In this document: positions 1-12,019 of the stretch, one piece after another
How the letters are laid out: each line of letters opens with the position of its first letter
How positions within the stretch are numbered: position 1 is the first letter of the stretch
Assembly (NCBI GenBank): GCA_003427395.1
Contig: BFEA01000046.1
Coordinates: forward strand, 2,754,509 to 2,818,508
Origin: Chara braunii
Lineage: Eukaryota > Plantae > Charophyceae
DNA: 64,000 nt
Reading direction: 5' to 3'
Position numbers and translations under genes: made by a program
Notes under the pieces: generated by a model
What the model was told of the DNA's origin: nothing
Seen by the model: only the letters and a program-made list of their open reading frames with translations
The model's database searches: none

Positions 1-83
1 AAGATGGAATTGAGATTTGCATCGACTCACCATTTTTTAGGAAAATAGTCACTAGGTCAAAAAAAAAATACAAGTCCAAGGGG

Positions 84-1232
84 GTGAAGAAAAACCCAGT
101 GGCAGTCCTAATAGAGAAAGATTATGATGAAGCATTGGAAAAGGAAAGACAAATTATAAAAGCATTGAGGGAATCAACAAAACTGGAGAATAGGCTCACC
201 AAAGAAAGGTTTGACACAATGAAGATAGGCTCGGATCAATTTATCCTACCTAAAAAGAAAGAATATATCTTCAAGATGTGTCAGGAATTATCTGGTGCTT
301 TCTCCCTTAATGATGAAGAGAGGGGGCGATTGAACGTGGACATGATCAAGATGGCCAAGATTTGGACAGTTGACCATGTTCCATGGAATGATAGACGAAC
401 CAAGTATGCCTTGAAGGAAGAGGCAGAGGTTGTGAAGTATTTTGACAAAAAGATTGCATCTAATGTTGTTGAACCTGCTGATGGACCTAATGCTAACCAC
501 TGGTTTTGTTTCTGGAAAATGGATACAGAATCTTCAGAAGCGCAATTCTGTGACGGTACGTGATGCAGGTAGTCTTCCTAATGCAGACCTCCTCCCTGAA
601 TCATTTGCTGGTCGATGTATTTATTCCCTAGTTGACCTGTATCCCGGCTATGATCAGTTCCCTATTGATCCCACTAGCCGACCCATGACTGCCATGCACA
701 CACCAAGGGGGCTTATTCAGATTTGTGTGGTACCTAAGGGCCGGACTAACAGGGTGGCAGTGGTTCAAAGGGATATGATCAAAGTCATGCAGGATATTTT
801 TCCTGAAATAACCAGTCCCTATATTGATGACAATCCTGTAAAAGGACCCTTGGTAAGAGATGAAACATTGGTCGCAGGGGGAGTCAGAAAGTTTGTCTGG
901 GAACATGCGAAAGGAGTAAAGATGGTCCTAGAAAGACTTCAGAAGTATAATCTCACTGCCAGTGGACCAAAGTCTCTTCTCTTCCAACCAGAAGTGATAA
1001 TCATGGGCTTCAGATGCTTCTCCAAGGGTAGGAGTCCAGATCCCAAGAAGATAGACAAGATTGTGAACTGGTCTCTGCCTCTCAAAAGAGTGACAGATGT
1101 CAGGAGCTTCTTGGGAGTCTGTCGATTCTGGAGGATTTTTATTCCTCGTTTTGCTGCCCTTGCAGAGCCTCTGAGAGAAATGGTAAGACAAGGGGTTAAT
1201 TTAGCATGGAATGATAAAAGACAAGCTGCAGC
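84..1232 (+). pseudogene. pol: Ty3/Gypsy pol fragment: reverse transcriptase (frameshifted, truncated before RNase H)
   Basis: ORF 84..563 ends in an RT domain-1 sequence (VVEPADGPNANHWFCFWK). It continues in another frame (ORF 442..1284) with WIQNLQKRNSVTVRDAG, DLYPGYDQF, MHTPRGL, YIDD and VRSFLGVCRFWRIFIPRFA. Similarity stops at WNDKRQAAA (~1232). Confidence 0.93.
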
Positions 1233-1467
1233 GCTGCATCAAGGATATAGTGTCATTAACTTAGTTGCTTGCCGAAATAAATAATGAAATGACTTGCTGA
1301 AAACTGGAATATTGAAACAGGGATGCTGAAACTGAAGTGCTGTTACTGAAATGCCGAAATTGAAATGCTGAATAAACTATGCAAGAATGATCATTGTCTG
1401 CTGATAACTGAGCCTCACTATCTCAGTGTCTTATTGTACTCTTTCTCAGTCCTTTATGACCGTTCTC

Positions 1468-3467
1468 TTACTTGGATGGTTGACTTCTCTTTCCTCTCTT
1501 CGGAGTCACTGTAGGGATCAAATCAGGGTCTCTAAAGATGAACTTAAGAAGTTTTGACCCTGACACCATATCGTGAACTCTAGATCCATCAATTTCTAAT
1601 ATCTCATAAACTTTGGCCTCTGCTTTTCCTGTAATTCTGTAAGGACCAAGCCATCTCGGCGCCAATCTTTTAGTCCATTGAATCTCAAGAGAACTGTCAA
1701 ACAAAAGAACAACATCTTCAATCTTCAATTTCTCTTTTCTTATATACCTTTTCTTGTTCCAACTCTCTTGATCCGATAGTCTGCTGGATGACATTCTCTC
1801 TGCTGCATCCATCACTGCCTGATCAACTTCAGATATCTGCCTCATCCTAATCTGAAGGAGTTCTGAAATAGAATAATCCTTGCCACTCTCTTGACTTGAC
1901 AATGTCTTGACAATACTCTCAATTGGTAACATAGCATAACGGTCATACCACAGTGTAAAAGGTGCATAACCAGTAGTTCTCTTGACTGTGATATTATCAA
2001 CATATACAGCAACTCTTAACACCTTTGGCCAGTTACTGAGTTTCACTTCACACCAGTTGGCCAATGAATCTTTCAGAGTTTTGTGGCCTTTTTCAAGAGG
2101 TGTATTCGCTTGAGGATGGTAAGTAGTCACACACCGAATTCTGACACCCAATCTGAGTGTAATTTTTTTGACAACCTCATTTCTGAATTCTGATCCTCTG
2201 TCTGAGACAAATTCTCTGATGAAAAAATACCTAAGATATACTTCCTCTATCCAATCAGTTACTTGCTCTGCTGTCTTCCTTTTCATAGTTTTTGCCTCAA
2301 CGTATCCAGGAAAGTTATCTCTCATGTTTAATATGTATCTCATCCCACCCTTGCCTAGAGGCATAGTGATGAGATCCAGATGAACTCTACTACCTGGCTC
2401 TACCAGAATTGTAGGGAACAAGGGCTCAATCATCCTTGTGGTAGACCTCTTCTGACACAAGACACATGATTTACAGTATCTGAAAATCATGTCTCTCATG
2501 CCAGACCAGAAGTAGAGTTTGACAGTCTTGGAGTAGGTAGCCTCAGCAGCCCTGTGTCCACCAGCGACCCCCTCATGTATGGCAGCAATTATCTCTAACT
2601 GCCTCTCTTTACTGCAGACCACTCTTAATGGAGGTAAGCCTCCCTTACCATCCACAAAGAGATGTTCTCTCTTTAATTTGAATTTCTTCTTTGAATCTTT
2701 ACAATAATATTCTTTTAGCTGCTCCCTTTCCATCTTCCTGCCAATCTCTTGATAATCTTCATCATATTCTTCACAGGAGAAAAATATCTCTTCTTCCTTC
2801 TTTTCACTCTCTTCTTTTTCCTTTAAACCTGAACTTTCTCCAATTTCATGAGCAGTCACTGTTGCTGCATAAACTTTTGCATACCAATCGTTTGGTTCAT
2901 CATCTTCTTCTTTCCCTAGAATCGACTCATAGACGTATGCACTNGGAATTTCTCCCCAACTGTCTCTCTCTTCAGGCCACAGACTCCACCGGTAGGAGCA
3001 TGGTGCCTCATAATCCTCATCATCCTTTTCATTAAGAAAATTATCAACATAGGCAGATTCTTCAATTGTTTCATTCACATCTTCTTCTTCTTCTTCTCGC
3101 CACTCGATCCGGCTTAAGCCATCCGCTCTGTTATTCTCGGTGGGAATCTTTTCCAATTTAAAATCATATGTCCAGATGAAAGCGATCCACCTGCTGACTG
3201 TTGGATCTACCTGTTCGTGTTTTAAATGACACCTATCACAGCATATGCATCAGTCCTCAGGATGAATCTCCTTCCCAAAACGTAGTGCCTGAAGCACCTG
3301 AGGCTATTGATGATTGACAGTAGCTCTTTCCTGAATTGGGTGTAGCCTCTTTCAGTAGAATTGAGGGTTCTGCTTTCAAATCTTAGAGGCATCTCTTTCT
3401 CATTTTCATCTTTCTGAATAAGCACTCCACCCAGAGCAACTGGTCCTCCATCCGCCTCAATGATGAG
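1468..3467 (-). pseudogene. pol: Ty3/Gypsy pol fragment: RNase H, acidic linker and integrase (frameshifted)
   Basis: RNase H motifs EADGGPVALGGVLIQ, FESRTLNSTERGY, KELLSI, ILRTD (ORF 3222..3473) and NNRADGLSR. Integrase HHCC (IHEGVAGGH...CKSCVLCQK), core HLDLI / VSDRGSEF / YHPQAN, and a GPY/F module (WLGPYRI). No chromodomain before the stop. Confidence 0.93.
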
Positions 3468-5826
3468 TGTCAAACCCTGAGAGTGGGGAGTAACTATGAG
3501 TACAGTTCTGAGAGCCTTGATACAGTGTCAAGATCTGAGAGACTCATGGCTGTGGCACGTCAAGTGATATAAGTGGTATTATCCTTATCACAAAAAGAAA
3601 GTCTGACGGACATAAAGAAGTTCTGTTCTGTCTGATTGAAAGTTATTAGCAGAAAGACTTTGTGTCTCTGACTAAGTCGTTCTTTCAAGAGATTCAGACG
3701 AAGGCAAGCATAAAGAAGTTAAACTTTACTTGACTGAGAGTGGTCAGTAGAGGGACTCCGTGCTTCTCGGCTAAGGGTCTGTCTTCACTTAGATGAGGGA
3801 AGGGACCTCTCTGAGATCAGTGTTTCAACATTTCCTTGAGACTGACGGGACGTCTCTTGGAAAAAGAAATCCCAGTTGAGGGAAGGGACCTCTCTGGGGC
3901 TAGCACTAATTTTTTTGCTTGAGGCCGAATGGAGGTCTCTTGCGAACTTTTAGTGTTCGCTAGCATGTTATTGTTCAGTGCCTCTTGAGACTGAAGGGAC
4001 GTCTCTTGAGCAGTGTTTGTCCTGTTATGGGGCGTGGGCAGTCTGCTTGTGGGTTATGATATGCTTGCCTGGTTGTCTGTGTAAGGGGTCATCTTCTCTA
4101 ACCTAAGGATGTGTTGATTGCTGGGGCCAGCCAGAGCCTTACAGCAGTAGGTTGCAATCTGGTGGGGTCAGCAGGTCCCCGACGTGAGTGTCGAATTTCG
4201 TAGTCAGCTGAGGCTAAGACTCCGGGGGTCTGGCCTATGAGGCTGAAAGGGGTCGGCTGGAACCCTACCGCAGTCAGAGAATGCAATCCAGTGAGGTTAG
4301 CCAGAGCCTGGAACTGTGGTTAGACCGGGTCCCACGTTTAAAAATCTGGGCGGGGTAGCCAACACCCTTGGCCAAAAACTGGTAGGTGAGCCGGTCCCTG
4401 ACCGCAGTGGTTAAATCCGGATTCGGGACAGCCAGACCGACGAGACGTCTACTGTCATAGGGTGACCAGACCCGCTATAGTCTGGGTGTCCTAGCGAGAG
4501 TGCCAAAGGGCTGCCATACTCGAGTAGTGGGTATGATTGGTCCTGACCTGGAGGCAGGTCAAAGGGGCTGTCAAGGCAAATGGTCTGATTAGTCCTGGCC
4601 TGAGGCAAGCCGAATGAGGTATGTCAGACTGACGGGACGTCTGACATTCTTGGTCAGTGGTGGGCCGAAACCAAGGCAATAAATAAATCCTAGGTACCAA
4701 GAGTTGTGATGTATTGATTATTATTTATTATTTATTGTTTTATTTATGGGTTTTATTTTAACTTGTTGATGCTTAACTGCTGGCTGTCAGAGGGTCTGCT
4801 TGCTGGGGGATGGTTGTTGTCTGTGTGACTTGTTGGTTTTGCAGGTATACAGATACTTACATGAAGTTCCCAGGCCAGGAAAAAGAAAAAAGGGTTTGGT
4901 ATTCCTTCCCTTTTGTCTGAGAAGTTGAGGAGACGCCTCACTCAGGCTAGAGAAAGAAAACAAGCGTTTTTTATCTCCATCAAGTGAGGAGCTGAGAAAA
5001 TGTCTCTCAGACTAGAGAACAGAAAAGAGGGTTTGGTATACCCTACTCCCAGCATAGCAGATAGAGTGAGTACCCTCGTTACTAGGGTAATCCTTGGCAT
5101 AAATGCCTGATCAAGAGCTGAGGTAACCTCCATGTGAAAAACCAACGGATGAACAAGTCAAACGTTCAGACGAAATCCTTCTTAAAATTTTATTTGGTGG
5201 CCGACAAGCGGTCTGGTTCACGAGGAACCTGCATCCCTGGCCTTAAAGAAGCCAAACTCTCAAGCCTGGGACGCTATGGAATGAACAGTGAACTGGAAAT
5301 TTCATGAGCCGAAATCTGACTCATAAAGCAGAAAAGAAGTCGCGCTTATATAGGACATAAAAGACAGCCATGAGTTCAAGCTGGAAAAGAAAGAGAAGGA
5401 AGAAGATGCTAAAGAGTGCAGTGATTAGTGTGATGAGGAGATGAGACAGCACATGGAATAGAGGAAGGTGGAGCAGGCACTATGGCCTTGCTTACAGCTG
5501 GAGTAGAAGGAGCTCTAGGATATAAGGAGAAAAAGAGGCGTTGGGCGTACCATAGCGCGCATCGAATTTCTTGCGAAGGAACTTCATCCTGTCTGGTGAT
5601 GGAGTTCTCTCGTACCACCCTCCTAACGGGTAGCGAGGGTGTGACCTTAAACGGCCATAGCCTCGCGGCTCCTCATCTTCCTCCTCCTCTGAGAATGATA
5701 CTAATGACGTATAGGATTGGGCTTAACGGGGTCCTACCCATAAGGTACATTTGTGGCTTGTGTGAGGGGGTCAAACACCCTAATCTTCTAGTTAGCTGGG
5801 CGATTGAAGTGTCTGATTATTCCACA
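3468..5826. mobile_element. Unclassified repeat-like segment, possibly an LTR fragment
   Basis: Starts TGTCAAACCC exactly where the RNase H frame is cut off. Contains short internal repeats (GGGACCTCTCT, GACTGACGGGACGTCT). No TSD or second copy; the right boundary is a guess. Confidence 0.35.
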
Positions 5827-6007
5827 CAATAGGATATTTCGTTGAGAAAAGTTTGAAAACGATCTACGACTTAGTGGAGTATGAATGATCGTTGTAATCC
5901 ACCACTGGATTGAGTTTTAGCTAGTGGTTGGATGATCGGGGTGCCTGGCGCAATGAAATATCGTTCAAAGAGACCGGAAGTATTGTAGTCCTAAGTTTGG
6001 CATTGGA

Positions 6008-6333
6008 TGACTTCCTATCCGTGATTGTAGTGGGTGGGGAGTGGTTTTATCCACTTTGTTAAAATTAGAGGTTGTAAAGTGTTCATGCTTAGCCGATTAT
6101 TCGGCTATTATAGATTTTCATCTTGATCAGGAATTAAATGGTATTTCTTGATTGTTGACTTTTGCTTAACTAATTTTGAGGAGTCAAGGCTTGAAGTGGA
6201 TACAACTAAATGACCATTTTGGCTGAAGGTAAAAATTCGAGGAAGTTACCGTATACTTTTTCTGAAGGTTATGTTTGAATGGTATTTGGTTTAAGCATCC
6301 GTTGCGACGCGGACGTTGCAGGTCCGGACAGGC
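6008..6333 (+). repeat. 3' internal (pre-LTR) region of the giant-LTR element, copy 1
   Basis: Aligns with 13441..13773 from TGACTTCCTA(A)TCCGTGATTGTAGTGGG up to the TGTC LTR start. Confidence 0.85.
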
Positions 6334-9300
6334 TGTCATACCAAATACCCTTACAAGGGTATTTGGCGTGTTTTCTGCAAGTCACGCGAGTGTGGCGTCG
6401 CCCGCCCGGCGACGTGCGCGCGAGAGAAAGCTTAGTTCCTCACAAGGGTGAGCGGCTCGCGCGGGGTATTGAGAGCGAGGCACAACCATGCGCAGGCTGG
6501 GTGTGCGTGGTGTTATGGGCCAGGCAGACGCACGACACTTCGTCCCCTTAATTTCTTTGTGTCTTCACGTTTATTCTTATTTTTACTTATTATGTTTCCT
6601 AATTCTAAATTTTGTTAAGTTCCTTTGACTCGATGATCAATTCCGAGGCCGATGTCGGGACCAACAGGCCTGGCTCCGTTACAGTATTGCCGGGCACGGA
6701 TGGCCGTCACGGTAGTCGAGGACCTTGGGTGCGCGCCCTTCGAGTTGGCCCACAGCGCAGGTGAAAAGACTGAGTGGCGGGGCCAGCCGATGCGCCGCAC
6801 CGTCCACCGACCACGAATACAGTGAGAGGTCTGTGTGTGAGCATGGTAGTGTGCAGGAGGACGGAGCGACTCAGGGCACTATGGGGAGGTCGCTGTAGCG
6901 GTTGCTCCCATACGGGGCCCTTCTCCACTACGGGCCTCAAAGCTTCCGTGGTAAAGGTGAGCTATTACTACCAAGATCTACATTAGGTCCGCTCCACCTG
7001 GAAACATGCTACAGGTCACCGCAGGCCCATGCCTACGATTTCTCGGCCCGCTACCTCTGGGTGGGCAAGCCACTAAGGTCGTAGGATGGTGAACTTGCCT
7101 GGGCAGATTGGGCCCAGGGGTACTATGGCAAATACTGTCGGATTGGGTATAGGAGCGGCAGGCTAATCGGACGCCCTACTAACGAGCTCCCTCAGAAGTT
7201 TTCTCAAGAGAGTTGGTGCTACTGAGCAGGACAGACCATGCGCTACAACGGAAGGACGGCGAGGAGTTGTTACAGGTGCCTTCGTTGATCCAACCTCCAT
7301 GACCACCGGCCCACTGTCGATTTCAGACCGCCCCACTGTGGTATCTGTGATAGCGTATCGGTTGGCGCAGAGAGCATGCGACAGGCGCCAGGACTGTGAG
7401 GCGGAGCAGCAAGCGACGAGCAACTGCAGAAGGGGAGTTGGAGGAGGAACCAACGGCCGAAATGAATCAGGGTGTGTTTCGGGGCCGGATTCATTCGAAG
7501 AAAACAGCTATGGAGGGAGGGGTGAGTAAGATTGGAGAGCAAAACGCCCGCCCGATTCTTGATGAAATCGGGCAGGGAAATAAGTGATTCTGAGACTCTT
7601 GTACCGGGCGACCTCGTTTTTCACGTCGAAATTAGTAGAAGGTTAGTGTAGGGAGAAAAACAAGGGAAAAACAGTGCGCGGAGATGCAGCAATGGCGGAG
7701 ATGGGAAGATGTGATTATCACTAAACTCGGTCGATTCTCGACAAAATCGGGCGAGGAAAGAAGCAATTTAGGGGTGTTTCGTCAGGGCTAGTCCATTAGA
7801 AGTGTTAGAATAGCAAAAGAATTACTGTAGAGGGAGATTAGTAGTGAAAAGCTTGCGCTGGGAAATAGCAGGAGCGAAGGAGAAAAGAAGCGGGAATCAT
7901 AAGTCTTGCTCATTTTTAGGTGAAGGCGGGCCAGAGAAGATCCTAAACAGGGGGTTCCAATGTCGAGCGGACTCATAGGTGGTGTTAGTTGTAATAGGAA
8001 GTCAGTTGGAGTAGAGTCGGGAGAGAAAGAGTGTGCGTAGGAGTGTACGGAAGACGAATATGGCCGCTCGAGAAAATGAAAGTCAGGCTTTATCCTCGAC
8101 GAAGTCGAGCGAAGGAGGATAGCCGAAGATTTTTGGCCATCAGGAATGCGATGACAATGACAGATTTCGCTATGGAGCTGCTGTTTTGGTTGTACAATAG
8201 TTTGAAGTTGCGCCTAGAGGGGAAATCGAAATAGTAATGTATCTTTCCGAGTTCTAGAGGAAGATTCATTTGATTATGCCCGTCATTTCTATGGGAGTTG
8301 CCGAGGGAAGGCGACGGAAGATAGACAGTACTTGTTAGCTGGTGTGATGTTCTTCCTATCTATAGAAAGTTAATCTCTCTCTATCTCCTTAGGTGCATCG
8401 TTGGAGGTGAGGCGGTTACAGCAGCCAGGTGTTACGCTGACATTCGACTGTGTAGTGGCGCTCCTGACGTAATTTGAGGTGGCTGTTGCCCGACTAAGGT
8501 TATGGCGGGATTCGATGAACGCAGTACACCAGCGGGATAGGAGAGCTTACCTGCATTTACCACAGATGAGAAGGACAAAACAGAATTTACCCAAGGGAAT
8601 ATATATTCTTGTGTCAACGGCGCAGTGCTCCTGCAATTGAGGGAAGGAGAGGGGGAGTTGTTGTTTACAAACAAACGAGTGAACTGCAGGTAGCCGATTC
8701 TGACTACTAAGGGCCGACTATAACAGGTCATTCGTAGGTGAGTCGGACCAGAGTGTTGGTCTGAAGAATCAAAGGAGCAAGTGGGAGGGGACGGCAAAAG
8801 TATGCTCTCATTGATATTCGGATTCGGTGCTTTGGTTCGCCGTTGGTAGAATACTGGTGCATTTATGTTCTCCAAGCGGCATTGTAACTGCCAGGGAGTG
8901 CGGTGGCCTCCCAACATTGAGAGAGTGGTGTGTGTGGGGCTGGTCGCCATCAGCAAGTGAGCAGGCGTATTATAAACGGATTGGAAGAGAAGCACAGTTG
9001 CCGTTTGAGGCGCTGTTGAGGAGCATTGTGCACTTGCCATACGTACAGTAGGGTGACGGTTGGTTGCTGTGTTGTGGCTGCGCGGATATCGTGCATGTTG
9101 TGCACTGCTAGCTACGAGTGTGGTGTGACCTGCGCTACATACTATTACGGTGCTTTGTCTTCTGCGCGCAGTTTTTGCGCACACCATGTGCTTTGCTCGA
9201 TTGTACCTCCTCTAGGCAATGAGGTGACAACTCGATTGGAGGCGGAAGACGGTGTAACTTGTGGGTGTGATCAGCTTATGCAAGGGGGTTACCGCTACGA

Positions 9301-10032
9301 TTGGGAGGATCATCAGGGAGTCAACAGTCAACAGTTTGACTTCAGTTGACCAACAGTTGCGCATGTTGGCCATCATTGCGGGGCCCTCAGGAGACTGAAG
9401 ATTATAAGGCCCTCTCCTACGAGTTGAGTCAGTCCCCCTCCTGTATCTCGAGAGTCTCAAACCCCTTGTCTTCTGCCCTTCTTACTCTCAGTCTAATCCT
9501 GTTCAGCGAGGAAGGCAGCAGGCGGGATTGCAACCCGTAGGACTGCAGCAAGACTCTGTGGGGATTCAACCCACCGATTGCGGGAGCTCTGTCGGAACTA
9601 AGGAGGAGTTCTGGAGGCAAGGAACTGAGAGGTAAAGGTTTCGTCTTCCCTCTATAAACGCAGTACAGGCCCTACTTGTATTCATTACTATGTTTGACTG
9701 AGTATGTTCCCTGTCTCCCTATTTTGACTTTCGGTTTGACCTTCAGGACACAATCCAGACTAAGTAAAGGAATGATTGTGCAAAGTCTGTTTCAGTTTTA
9801 TTTTGACTGAAAGAGGATTGTGGGATTGTATCTGGGGGAAAGGTGGGAGGAAGGCAATATTGCATGTTTGACTGGGTCCACCAAAGGCTGGGAGAGTCTC
9901 CATAAGTTTGGAGGGCTCAGTGTTGTGTTTATTTTGGATTGTTTGGGGCATCAGACCATTCGATAAGTTTGGGGGGTCTGATTGCTCTGGAGGCTGGGAA
10001 GTCCTCATAAGTTTGGGGAGACCTAGTGCTGT
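6334..10032 (+). mobile_element. Giant LTR copy 1 (3'-truncated)
   Basis: Starts TGTCATACCAAATACCCTTACAAGGGTATTTGG. Collinear with 13774..15046 + 19451..21093 + 28568..~29345. Homology stops at ~10032. It provides the uninterrupted (empty-site) sequence for both nested insertions in copy 2. Confidence 0.85.
9653..9658 (+). promoter_or_regulatory. Candidate LTR TATA box (CCCTCTATAAA)
   Basis: The same motif lies at the homologous positions 25133..25138 and 28968..28973. It is not recognisable in the minus-strand copy. Confidence 0.3.
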
Positions 10033-10966
10033 GGGGTGTTGTTATCTTTCCTATGATAGGAGAGTAACTACATTGTCTCTTGAGAGAGAAGGAAAGGGCT
10101 TGTTACCTTGCCGAAACTGTAATGACCAGGTAGAACAACTGCTGCTTAGTGAGACCGGTTCTGGAGTACCGACCTAGCCGCGTCTCCTGTTAAGTAGGAC
10201 CACCATATTTATAAGGGTGCGAATTCGCAGTTCGTTGCCTTGTTAGGTATGAATGAGGTTGTCCATCTGACCATGATTGGGTTCAGTGAGGTGCAAGCGC
10301 TGGAATCAGTGAGGGTTTCGGTGAGGCTTGATCCTTAGAGCGGGGCTCATGAGTCAAGATGTTATCTCATGAGGATTACACCGCTCGTCAGTATTATATG
10401 CTTTGCTTAAGGATTGAAAGGGTAACAATTGTATCATGTTATTTACTCATTGCTAGTCTTATTTCGACCTTCAAGAATATGAAATATGTTGTTGAGATTT
10501 ATCTTGTTATAGGACTGACAGCTGAGTTGGCTTCATATTGTTGTTTATAAATTTTGTCGTGCTCTTTAGTTACAACCCTTGACATTAAGTTGTGCCTATT
10601 ATGTTGTGATTATTGTTGTAAGTATATGGTATTTATCATGGGTTGTACTGCATTTTGGATTCATGTTTGGAGTATCCACCTATATGACATATGTATATTG
10701 TGTTCTTCCTTGATAGTAGAAGTAATATTCGGTTAGTGTCTGAGTTATGATCTAAGGGTTTTATCAGTGAATATTTATGTCTTATTTCATATGGATATTT
10801 GTCTAAAGACTCTATTCGATGTCGCCGTTGTTCTGAATAGGTTCTTACGTGCGCCCTCATGATGAGTGTCGAGGGAACTTTAGTGGGATATATTATACAT
10901 TAGATGTGGTTGAGTGACTTCCTTCGAGCTTCGATCCTAACGCCGCTCGCTGTTGTTCAACAGGTG

Positions 10967-12019
10967 ATGGAGTCGAGGGGGCTCGAGATGGAAGGCTCTC
11001 AAGGGAAGATTGGGGTCGAGGAGTTCGCCTCTCTACTGGGTCTGCGAGATTGGGAGCGAGACAACCTACCTAAGGTTAAGATCGAGTTCTTCAAGGGATA
11101 TCACGTTTCTGACTTCCTTGACAAGTTTGGGCAGATAGCTTCTCACTTTGAGTGGAATCAGGAGGAGATGCTAAAGGAGGTTATGAAGTATATCCATATA
11201 AGCCTGAAGGAGGAAGTCAGTGGGTTGGTTAGAAGAGTGGGGTCATCATGGAGGAAGTTCTATGATGACATGTGGAATAAATACCGACTAGGTGAGGAAC
11301 AACTGATCAAAGATGATTTTGAGAAGATAGATCGATATAGTTATGTGTCAGTAGGGCACTTCCTGGTGGAGTATGAGCGTGCATCGCGTAAGGTCTGAAC
11401 GTTGTCTGAACATGACAAGTGCTTTCTCTTCCTTATGAACTTCACAGACGCCGTGCAGCGAGACTTAGTTCGTAGGACAGAGGGAAAACTAATATGGGAT
11501 AAGATTTGAGAGAACTTTGAGCTGGGGGATTTCGACCTGTACCTTTGTCATACTTTGCGGGAAGCAAGGAAAAGAAAGGAGTTGCAAGACTGTGGTAAGA
11601 ACAAGTTGGATGAATATGCAAAGGAAGTTGTGACATGTGTTAGACAGAATACGGAAGGTGAGCCCCAGGAGAAGGTTAAGAAATCTAAGTGAAATAATAA
11701 GTGGGTTGAAAAGAACAGGGTGAGGGCATGCATTGGTAAAGCAGGGAAAGTTGAAGTTAGAAACACAATGCCTCATACCTGTGAGAGGACAATTGATGTC
11801 CCGAATAAGGAGAGAAAGAGAGGACATAAGTCAGTAGATATGGCCCCATCTATTGCTAAAAGAAGAACGGATCGTAGAATGATGAGAATGCGAGACCGGC
11901 AGACAAAGATAGTATGTGCTCGTTGCGGAAAGACTGGTCATACCCCTCGTAGATATAAGGTGGCGGAGAAAGCGGTTAAACCGTTGTGCTTTGGGCAAGG
12001 GTTTGGTTTCTCCCAATAA
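10967..12019 (+). pseudogene. gag: Retrotransposon gag-like pseudogene with degenerate CCHC zinc knuckle
   Basis: ORF 10904..11398 (FKGYHVSDFLDKF...W...MLKEVMKYI...SWRKFYDDMWNKY) resembles a Gag capsid N-terminus and reads on past stops. A knuckle remnant CARCGKTGHTPRRY lies in ORF 11720..12019. Homologous to 39987..40924. Confidence 0.75.

Noticed and set aside
3464-3477. TGTCAAACCC junction as another NCGN insertion
   Set aside because: The flank is TGAG, there is no family hairpin and no matching end. It is either another family or not a terminus, and is noted as a possible counter-example.
6279-9620. Numerous ORFs in LTR copy 1, including 8432..9187
   Set aside because: The frames are broken differently in the homologous copy 2, and no domain is recognisable.
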